DNA of 18,573 nt from Pseudomonadota bacterium (GTDB taxonomy: Bacteria > UBA10199 > 2-02-FULL-44-16 > JAAZCA01): the NCBI GenBank assembly GCA_043822785.1, contig JBDRBN010000077.1, positions 1 through 18,573 on the forward strand, given 5' to 3'. Numbering within the stretch: position 1 is the stretch's first letter; every line of letters starts with the position of its first letter. A program made the translations under genes and the position numbers. The notes below the pieces were generated by a model. It did no database searches, was not told the DNA's origin, and saw nothing but the letters and a program-made list of their open reading frames with translations. Below are positions 7,483-15,474 of the stretch, in pieces.

Positions 7483-8556
7483 ATGAAAAAGACCTTTTCA
7501 CCGCATTTTCAACCCTCAGCCCACCTATACCGCCTGCTTGAAGATATAAGTGCGCACAAAGAGCGCATTCAAAATTCCCTGGTCAAGGTTCCATGGGTTC
7601 CGTCACTTGTCGTAGATGCGCGTGCCCGTCTGGCATGGGGGTCCACAGCAATTGAAGGGTGCACGCTTTCATTGGAGGCTGTGCAAGGCCTGCTTGAAGG
7701 AAAGGAAGCAATTGGTTATCCAGACCGCCATGTGAAGATGGCCCAAAATTATCTCAAGGCCCTTGCATGGATTCAAAAAAGAGACAAGGTCACCAATATG
7801 AGCGAGTCAGATATCTTCAAACTTCACAAGATCATCGCTCATGAAGCTGTGGATGAAGGGCACATCGGGGCTTATCGCAAAGAATCTGTGAGCGCTGGTT
7901 TGCACGTTGCACCACGATGGCAGGATGTGAAGGGCCTGATGCATGCTTTGCTTGAATGGTTGAATGGCCCGGCCAAGGCGTTTCCGGCAGTGTTTTCTTC
8001 GTCTATTCTTCATTTAAGATTTGTCGAGATACATCCTTTTAGGGATGGCAACGGACGAGTCGCAAGGGCGCTTGCCGTGTGGGAATTGTACAGAAAGGGT
8101 TTTGACAACCTGCATGTCTTTGCCCTTGATGAGGTCCTTTTGGAGAATAGGGCGCTTTACATAAAAGCTCTCCAGCGCGTTCAGATTGAAGGTGCAGATT
8201 TGGGAGGATGGTTGGAATTTATGGCTGAAGCTGTTCTCGAAACCTTGCGAAGGGTTGAACAGCGCATCATAAGCATAGGTCCCATTGCAATGAAACCCAT
8301 TGCGTTGACCGTGCGCCAGGAAAAGCTGCTTCGAGTTCTCAGGGAGAAGGGAAGCATGAGTATTGGTGAAATTGCAAAGACCTTGAAGATCACTGCGCCA
8401 GGCTCTCATCACGTCATGAAACCTTTGCTTAAGCATGGACTGATCTCAAGAATCGGTGCTCACCGTGCAACTCGGTATGTTCTTTCTTCGTCTGTACACA
8501 AAGGAGCATCCGCCGGCATATCGATTGACGAGAAGGCAGAGTACTTTAGACCATAA
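7483..8556 (+). CDS. Fic-domain protein (class II, autoinhibited AMPylase) with a C-terminal HTH
   Basis: HPFRDGNGRVAR catalytic motif; N-terminal STAIEG inhibitory motif; winged-HTH-like C-terminus. Confidence 0.92.
   Translation: MKKTFSPHFQPSAHLYRLLEDISAHKERIQNSLVKVPWVPSLVVDARARLAWGSTAIEGCTLSLEAVQGLLEGKEAIGYPDRHVKMAQNYLKALAWIQKRDKVTNMSESDIFKLHKIIAHEAVDEGHIGAYRKESVSAGLHVAPRWQDVKGLMHALLEWLNGPAKAFPAVFSSSILHLRFVEIHPFRDGNGRVARALAVWELYRKGFDNLHVFALDEVLLENRALYIKALQRVQIEGADLGGWLEFMAEAVLETLRRVEQRIISIGPIAMKPIALTVRQEKLLRVLREKGSMSIGEIAKTLKITAPGSHHVMKPLLKHGLISRIGAHRATRYVLSSSVHKGASAGISIDEKAEYFRP
8509..8556 (+). repeat. Direct repeat copy 2 (metH-like 3' end forming the Fic C-terminus)
   Basis: SAGISIDEKAEYFRP* versus MetH SAVVSIDEKAVRFRP*. 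Confidence 0.85.
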
Positions 8557-8628
8557 CATATCTGAGGCCATCTTATTAGTTATAGATATCATGGGATTAT
8601 AGCTTTATTTATCGTTAATATAAAAGTA

Positions 8629-8656
8629 CGCAACAAATTCATGAGATCTGCGATAA
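8629..8656 (+). promoter_or_regulatory. Putative alternative-sigma promoter CGCAAC-N16-CGATAA
   Basis: Recurrent motif ending 6 nt before ATG 8663. Confidence 0.6.
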
Positions 8657-8662
8657 TAGGAC

Positions 8663-10681
8663 ATGACATTTACACTTAATCCATCATGCATAGGAACATT
8701 CAATGCTGCAGCAGCGCTTGGTATTTCGACCTTCACACTGTCTGCGTTTCCTCCTACTACGTTAGCCTCTTATGTTTCTACTACCGGAGATTATTATGCT
8801 CACGGAAGTAGCAATGGATTAATCAATGGGTTTGCTGCGCCACAAAACAGCCTCTTTCCAAACACAAGACCATTTTCCATTTCATCGGATATAAAGCTCG
8901 CCAACGAGGTAGTCCTTCATGTCCTATCACCCTTGAAGCCACCGACATTTACTCCTCTACATGCTCATGCATTTGCTGCCGGCGCTAATGGATACATAGC
9001 AGCGCCTGATAAACCCACCGAGAAGCTAGAGGCAGCGTCAAGCGATGAAAAGTATGACTACCTGCTAACCAAAGGTATTATAGTAAAATATCCAAAAGTA
9101 GGTTATGCTACTTGTTTTAGTTTCTTTCCCCACGTGTTTATCATGTACCATTTGGACAAACTCGGCGTGTGCCCTGATAGTTTTTATCGTATATTTAAAC
9201 AGAGACTTAAAGAGTTAACTAAAAATCCGAATGAGTGGGACGATGCTCAAGTCTATCGCCATTCTTCACACAACTTTCTGTTAACAGGAAATCCGAATAA
9301 GTGGAACGATGCTGCAGAATGGGCGCTTGGTCAGATCGTTGCTGATTTGGACAAGGCCACTTGTCTTAATTTCGCACTCATGCTTGAGGAGATCCGTGCG
9401 CATCATCAGAACGATGAAGTGCGCGCATTTGCAATCAGGGCGCTTGGCCAGATCGTGCCTCATTTGGACAAATCGTTACAACTCGATCACACCCTTAAGG
9501 TCGAAAGCGGGCTTGGTCACAGGGACGGACGTACGATTGAGGAGATGTATTACAATTATGATGGACTAGCACACGATGCTGCGAAAGAGGCGCTTAAAAA
9601 GATCGTGCCCGATTTGGATCCCGGCGATCGCCTCAAAGTAGCTCAGAAGATCGCAGAGAGGCTTGGTGATGAGGACGGATATGTACGGTACGCTGCGATC
9701 AATGCGCTCAGGCATATCGTGCCACATTTGGATCCCGCTGACTGCCTCAAGTTAGCTCAGAAGGTCGAAGAGAGGCTTGGTGCTAAGGTAGGGGAGAGGC
9801 GTAAAGAAGCGCTTTGGGTGCTTAATGATATCGTGCCACGTTTGGATCCCAGCGATCGCCTTGGAACTGCCCTCAAGATCGCAGGGAGGCTTGAAGATGG
9901 TGATGCAGATGTGCGCAAAGCTGCGATCGAGGCGTTTGCGAATATCGCGCCGCATTTGGATCCTGCTGATCGCCCTTGGCTCCCGCTTGGATCTGCCCTC
10001 ATTATCGCAATGAGGCTTGGCGATGGGAATGCAGATGTGCGCAAAGCTGCGCTCTGGGCGTCTGGGAAGCTTGTGTCCGATTTGGATCGTGCCGATCTGC
10101 TCAAGGTAGCAAGTCAGGTCGCAGGGAGGCTGAAGCAGTGGGGGCCGTTCGCAAATGCTGCAATCAAAGCATTTAGCAATATCGTGCCACGTTTGGATCC
10201 CAGCGATCGCCTTGAACCCACCCTCAGAATCGCAGAGAGGCTTGATGGGTGGAGTAATGCGCGCTATGCTGCGACCGAGGCGCTTGGGAAGATAGTGCCC
10301 TATCTGGATCGTGCCGAACTCCTCTGTCTAGCCCATAAGGTTGCAGATAGGCTTGAAGCTCAATCCGGCGAGGTACGCCAAGCAGCGATCTTGGTACTTC
10401 ATAGTATCGTGCCCCGTTTGGATCCAGCCAACCAACTGAAGTTTGCCCTCGAGATCGCGGAGAGGGTTAATGATGAGGGGCCGCCTCGTCATTTGTAGCC
10501 GCCTTTTGAGTGGACTGATGTGCGCAAAGCTGCGATCTATGCGCTTGGGGATATCGCGCCGCGTTTGGAACCCGCCGATCGGCAGCAGATTGCCCTCAGG
10601 ATCGAAACGAGGCTTAATGATGAGGGGACTATGGTGCGCGAAGCTGCAACCAAGGTGCTTAGGAAAATGCGCCACAATTAA
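8663..10681 (+). CDS. HEAT-like repeat protein (about 39-aa unit); ORF stops at an in-frame TAG (10496-10498) but repeats continue in frame to TAA 10679-10681
   Basis: Repeated RLxD...VRxAAxxALxxIVPxLDPxDRL units at about 117-bp periodicity; 60 further in-frame repeat codons after the TAG. Confidence 0.8.
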
Positions 10682-10710
10682 AGCAGCTCAGAATGAAGAG
10701 ACAAGGCGCT

Positions 10711-11121
10711 TCACCCCAGCGCCACTGCGGTTGCCTTGACCCAGGGGTAGACGTGTTCGATGCCGAGGCCTGTTATAAACCAGTACGGAGCATCGGAGAT
10801 GTGCACAAGGCCGCCAAAAGAACCTTTTCCAGAATAATTCCACGGACATTTGTTTAGTTTGGTAAGAAGCAAACCTACCAAATACTGCACTATGAAAAAC
10901 ACGATCATGTACACAACGCCCCTGCCATACCAGGGAAGCTCGGACACGCGCACGGCCACGAGCGGATATAATATAATGATAAGGCCGAAGATGGGGAAGA
11001 GCACGAGCGAGACCTCGCCTGTGAGCTCTAGCTTTTTAGATGCGATAGAGCGCTTAAATGCACTTATTACAATTGCTGTGGCAATGCCCAAAAAACCGAA
11101 CAAGACAAATCCTATTAGCAT
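10711..11121 (-). CDS. Small membrane protein, TMEM229 / ABC_trans_CmpB-like
   Basis: SLVLFPIFG, RGVVY, CPWNYS, G-x6-APYWF pattern; GAAGGAG RBS. Confidence 0.7.
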   Translation of the reverse strand: MLIGFVLFGFLGIATAIVISAFKRSIASKKLELTGEVSLVLFPIFGLIIILYPLVAVRVSELPWYGRGVVYMIVFFIVQYLVGLLLTKLNKCPWNYSGKGSFGGLVHISDAPYWFITGLGIEHVYPWVKATAVALG

Positions 11122-11145
11122 AGTTTTCTCCTTCGTATTTTCGGG

Positions 11146-11203
11146 GATTCTTCGCGGAGTTTACCCTGAGCGAGTTTCACGAGTCGAAGGGCTCAGAATG
11201 ACG
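11146..11203 (-). repeat. Nested REP-like palindrome (CGTCATTCTGAG...CGAAGAATC enclosing CCCTGAGCG...GTCGAAGGG)
   Basis: Same grammar as the other copies; contains the stop codon of the activase gene. Confidence 0.75.
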
Positions 11204-14200
11204 AGTAGCCATCCTCCTTCTTTTGGCAGCATCATGCACCCGTTCCATAAATGCCTCAAGCCTTAAGCGATTGTGAGTTGGTTTGAGCCCTTCAAATATG
11301 AGCGTAAGCTTTGGTATATCTGGATGATCCTTATCTATGAGACTTAAGACCGACCCTATGGCCAGACCATAATTACAATGAAACGTGATAGCGCTAACTA
11401 TCCCATCTGCACCAGCTGCGATCTGTTCTAAAATAGCAGCCACAGATCCTGTGAGCCCGGCGGGCAACTTCATGTCCATATATGGCTCAATGAGTTTCTT
11501 TGCCCTATTGTATTCGAGCGGTATATCATAGTCCAGATCAGATCCTGCAATTTTGCGCACGCGCTTTTCACGGCTTTCAACCACAAAGCGAAGCACAGAT
11601 GACTGCAAAAAATCTGCTACGTTTCTATGTTTAAAATCAGCTGCGGGTTTTTGGTATGAATTGTACTTTACGAATTCAGACATGGATGGTGGAAGCATGA
11701 CCACTCCACCCATCCTCTCTATATCCCTGAACATTTCTCCGTTAGCATAATCGCATATGCGCGTGAAGTAATCTCCTGTAATTCCGATTTTTACCCTCTG
11801 TTGCGAGCGATCAGTCGGCACAGCGCTCAAAAGTTCGCTTGCTTTTTTCAGACCATCCAGCGGCTTTTCATCAAATATGCATTCCATAAGAATCTCTCGC
11901 GCTTTTTCACGCACGTTATCAGCCGCACCTGGCACGGTTTCATAAGCCCTGGTCTCAAGATGTTTTTGAGAAAGAAAGTCCATGCCGCGCATCATTTCCC
12001 AATATGTGAAAAGCGACCTCACATATCCTAGCCTTGGATGGGTGCCTAATGAGGAAGCCAAATCCTCTATACGCGTAAACACCGGAAGGCTTACACCCAT
12101 ATCCTCTGCAGCCAGGCGCATCTGGGCTCCAAACTGCCCTACCCGACATGCACCTGATTCAGGCATAAAATAGCAGGCATCAGAAAGATCCTCATCCTTG
12201 CTCGCTACCTTGAGAAAATCACCTAGCATGAGCACATATGGATGACATTCACCAGAAGAGGCGTATTTTGCTCCGAGCTTTGCTGATTCGTCATCCGGCA
12301 GAGGCGTGAGAACAGGCGTGAAACCCAAAGTTCGTAGAGCCGCTGCAAACGCATAACCGTGATCTGAGAAGTTAGGCAGGAAAACACGCTTTATCTTGTC
12401 CTGGGGAACAAAGGCTTTGCGAAAATCAGGTGAGCTCAGTTGTGTTTTAGAAGGCAGCGAATCAATAAACGCCTCAATCCTTGTCTCCATTCCTATAGAA
12501 GAGCTGTGCTCATCCACTTCAAGAACCAGCATGGGCTTTTTGCCCATTATATCCCTTGTGAACTTTATGGTGAATGAGTCAGGGCCGCACCCAAAGCTCG
12601 TGATCAAAATTGGATAGAGCTGATCAGTTTTGGCAGCGATCTGTGCAGCAGAAAGTATCTCCTTTCCGTGCGACCAATACATAGTGCGATATGCTGCTGA
12701 ATAATTACCATCGTCAGCCGCCAACATATCCTGCGTGAGCACTGTTTCGCCCTGCGCCTCCAGTATAGATGCGATGCGTGAAGAGAGTCTCTCATCCAGC
12801 ACATTGTAGTCTTTGCCCAAAAGAACAAATGCGCGCGAAATTTTTCCTGATGCTAGATTTTTGAGTGCTTCCATGCCTATGTTTCTGAGTTGGATTCGAA
12901 ATTCCTGTTGTGCTTTAGCAGCGGCTCTCCATGCAAGATTTGCTTGCTTATGGCTTTTACCTAACAGGGGTGCCAAACCTGCCATGGCCACGCATTCGCT
13001 ATTGGGATCGAGCTTCCAGTTTATGACCGGATTGAGTAAGGGAGTTTTAGCAACGGGCTTTGCAAACTGAACGAGCGATTGGATGTATGGGCAATGCGCG
13101 GTCTCCTTGCCGTGAGCATCGCATCCTGTGATGACTAAAGAGGGCACGAATATAAAATCAACACCGCGCTTATCAAGCCAATGGATGTGAGAGCAAAATG
13201 CCTTTACCGGCAAGCACGTCTCTACCACGAGGCGCTTTATGCCTTCGCTTAAAATTTTATCATCTGTTTCAGGCGAAAGCACAACTTCGCAGCCTAAGTG
13301 TTCAAAGAAGGTTTTCCATGCTGGCAGCATGTCAAACGCAAAGAGCGCACGAGGAATACCTATGCGAAAAGCAGGGACTAGGGATGAGGGATAAGGGATA
13401 AGGGAGGAAACGACTTTATTGGTGTTGAATATGAGTTCTTGGCGTTGCTTTAGTAGAGAATCCTTAACCTTTAACGGTCTTGAAGTATTAGAATCCCATT
13501 TGCCGCAGCGCCCTCCAAAAAACCTTTGAACATCGCCCTCTGTTACAACGATCTGACAATGGTTTGCACAGTCCTCACACATCTTGCGTTCGAACTTAAG
13601 TTTTGTGTCCTGTAAAGAAAAGCTCTTGGTACGCTTGCCGCGATCTTTTACTGCTTGTACTCCCGCTAAGGCAGCGCCTATTGCACCAGATAGTTTGCCG
13701 ACTGTTGATGTCATAACGCTCTTCCCAGTACTGGCTTCAAGCGCTGCTGTCACAGCCTTGTTTTCAGCAACACCTCCTAGAAAGAGTATTCGTTTACCTA
13801 GGGAAAATCCTGCCACAACCTTTTCCATGTAGTTGGCTACCACGCTGTTTGCCAGCCCGGCGACCAGATCTATTTTTTCAAATCCCATCTGCTGATGAGA
13901 AACCAAATCAGATTCCATAAACACTGTGCAGCGAGCACCAAGCAGAGCGGGGCGCTTACTTTCAAACGCCATGTTTGCGAACTCGGCGTTTAGATCAACC
14001 TCGAGCCTTTTGGATTGTTCTTGAAGAAATGCGCCTGTGCCTGCTGCGCACACGCGGTTCATGGCAAAGTGCGAAGGGCGGTCTTTATCTAGGCGCATGA
14101 ACTTGGCATCCTGCCCGCCAATCTCCATCACAGTATCAACATCAGGACATATGAGGTTTGCTGCTAGCGCTTGAGCTGTGATCTCGTTGCGTATCGCATC

Positions 14201-15397
14201 CGCACCTATGAGTTTTCCAACAAAATGGCGTCCGCTTCCTGTTACGCCGACGCCTGCGACCTCAGAGGGATTTAGTCTATCGCACATATTTGCGAGCATT
14301 GTGCGAAGAGCCTCTAAAGGTTTTCCGTCAGAGAAGCGATAATCAGAAAGCACAATACCCTGGGGTCCAAGCACGACGAACTTTACTGATACAGAGCCTA
14401 CATCTATGCCCAGATATTTTTCTTTGAGCTCGAGCCTGGTAAGGTCGGGCTCAATGGGTTTTAGTGCTGGCTCGCTCAAGGGTTCACCTAGCGCAGAAGC
14501 AAATTTATAAGCATGATCTGCAGTATCCTTCTTAGCGCTTAAAAGCGAGATCAGCAGAGAGAGGTTAACAGATCCTTGTGCATTCCATTCCTTAGCGCCC
14601 TTAAGGCAAGCCCCGATAGCGCCCATGACCTTGTGGTGTTTGGGAACAATAAATTCATCATCCGCAGTTACATTAAGCAATCTGCGAAATGTGGCAACGA
14701 GCGAAGCGTTTGAAGCCACGCCGCCTTGAAATGAGATCGGTCTGGGCAAATCTTTTCCGCGCACTAGGTTGGCGAGATAACTTCTCGCAAGGGCTTCGCC
14801 CAGCCCTGCCACGATGTCAGCAAGCGCTTTGCCCTCCTGTTGATGATGCGTCATATCGGTCTTTGCAAACACAGCGCACCTGCCAGCTATTGGAGCAGGA
14901 TTTTTTGCGTCTAACGCGAGCTTGGCGAAATCGTCGATGGTAAGCCCCAGCCTTGCAGCCTGTTGGTCGAGAAATGCTCCTGTGCCTGCGGCGCACAGTT
15001 CGTTCATTCGAAAGTCACGAACCGATAAAAGCTCAGATGTTTTGTCCTCATCAAGTATTATGAGTTTTGAATCCTGGCCTCCGATCTCGATCACCGTGCG
15101 TATATGAGGATAAAGCGTGGCCACTGCCTCTGCTTGAGCAGAGATCTCGTTTACTGATTTGGAGGGGATCTTATTTTCTATAAGGCTGCGGCCGCTGCCA
15201 GTTATGCCGACACTCATTATCGTAGCATTGCTGTATATTGAGTTTAGCTCGTCAAGAAGCAACGAGAGGGCTAGTAAAGGCTGGCCAGCCACGCGCACCC
15301 ATCTGGCAAAGACAATCTCCAGCTGCTCATTGAGCAGAGCAACCTTGAGGGATATGGAACCTAAATCAATGCCTAGATGAAAGATGTTGGAAGTCAT
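11177..15397 (-). CDS. CoA-substrate-specific enzyme activase fusion: two BadF/BcrAD-type ATPase domains, DUF2229 and 2-hydroxyacyl-CoA dehydratase-like domains
   Basis: Twice GIDxGS, TGSG, NEI, EIGGQDxK, MNxxCAAGTGAFLxQ, RCxVF; CxxCxNxC; IGIPRAL, ETCLPVK, CPY, FGCGPD, LEVDEH, TRIEAF. Confidence 0.9.
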   Translation of the reverse strand: MTSNIFHLGIDLGSISLKVALLNEQLEIVFARWVRVAGQPLLALSLLLDELNSIYSNATIMSVGITGSGRSLIENKIPSKSVNEISAQAEAVATLYPHIRTVIEIGGQDSKLIILDEDKTSELLSVRDFRMNELCAAGTGAFLDQQAARLGLTIDDFAKLALDAKNPAPIAGRCAVFAKTDMTHHQQEGKALADIVAGLGEALARSYLANLVRGKDLPRPISFQGGVASNASLVATFRRLLNVTADDEFIVPKHHKVMGAIGACLKGAKEWNAQGSVNLSLLISLLSAKKDTADHAYKFASALGEPLSEPALKPIEPDLTRLELKEKYLGIDVGSVSVKFVVLGPQGIVLSDYRFSDGKPLEALRTMLANMCDRLNPSEVAGVGVTGSGRHFVGKLIGADAIRNEITAQALAANLICPDVDTVMEIGGQDAKFMRLDKDRPSHFAMNRVCAAGTGAFLQEQSKRLEVDLNAEFANMAFESKRPALLGARCTVFMESDLVSHQQMGFEKIDLVAGLANSVVANYMEKVVAGFSLGKRILFLGGVAENKAVTAALEASTGKSVMTSTVGKLSGAIGAALAGVQAVKDRGKRTKSFSLQDTKLKFERKMCEDCANHCQIVVTEGDVQRFFGGRCGKWDSNTSRPLKVKDSLLKQRQELIFNTNKVVSSLIPYPSSLVPAFRIGIPRALFAFDMLPAWKTFFEHLGCEVVLSPETDDKILSEGIKRLVVETCLPVKAFCSHIHWLDKRGVDFIFVPSLVITGCDAHGKETAHCPYIQSLVQFAKPVAKTPLLNPVINWKLDPNSECVAMAGLAPLLGKSHKQANLAWRAAAKAQQEFRIQLRNIGMEALKNLASGKISRAFVLLGKDYNVLDERLSSRIASILEAQGETVLTQDMLAADDGNYSAAYRTMYWSHGKEILSAAQIAAKTDQLYPILITSFGCGPDSFTIKFTRDIMGKKPMLVLEVDEHSSSIGMETRIEAFIDSLPSKTQLSSPDFRKAFVPQDKIKRVFLPNFSDHGYAFAAALRTLGFTPVLTPLPDDESAKLGAKYASSGECHPYVLMLGDFLKVASKDEDLSDACYFMPESGACRVGQFGAQMRLAAEDMGVSLPVFTRIEDLASSLGTHPRLGYVRSLFTYWEMMRGMDFLSQKHLETRAYETVPGAADNVREKAREILMECIFDEKPLDGLKKASELLSAVPTDRSQQRVKIGITGDYFTRICDYANGEMFRDIERMGGVVMLPPSMSEFVKYNSYQKPAADFKHRNVADFLQSSVLRFVVESREKRVRKIAGSDLDYDIPLEYNRAKKLIEPYMDMKLPAGLTGSVAAILEQIAAGADGIVSAITFHCNYGLAIGSVLSLIDKDHPDIPKLTLIFEGLKPTHNRLRLEAFMERVHDAAKRRRMATRHSEPFDS
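13373..13405. repeat. Tandem heptamer repeat AGGGA(T/C)N, about 4.7 copies, inside the activase gene
   Basis: agggact agggatg agggata agggata aggga. Confidence 0.7.
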
Positions 15398-15474
15398 AAT
15401 TAGTGACCAGTGACCAGTGATTAGTTACCAGTAAAAACCGATTGCTGGTCACTGGTTACTAGTCACTAATCACT
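15398..15474. repeat. Inverted pair of heptamer arrays (GACCAGT-type / ACTGGTC-type)
   Basis: aattagt gaccagt gaccagt gattagt taccagt ... gctggtc actggtt actagtc actaatc. Confidence 0.8.

Noticed and set aside
9300..10681. Diversity-generating retroelement TR/VR pair in the HEAT repeats or the metH/fic duplication
   Set aside because: No reverse transcriptase in the window, and the mismatches are not adenine-specific
10443..10739. 98-aa alternative-frame ORF as a frameshifted continuation of the HEAT gene
   Set aside because: The true repeat continuation is in the original frame beyond the TAG
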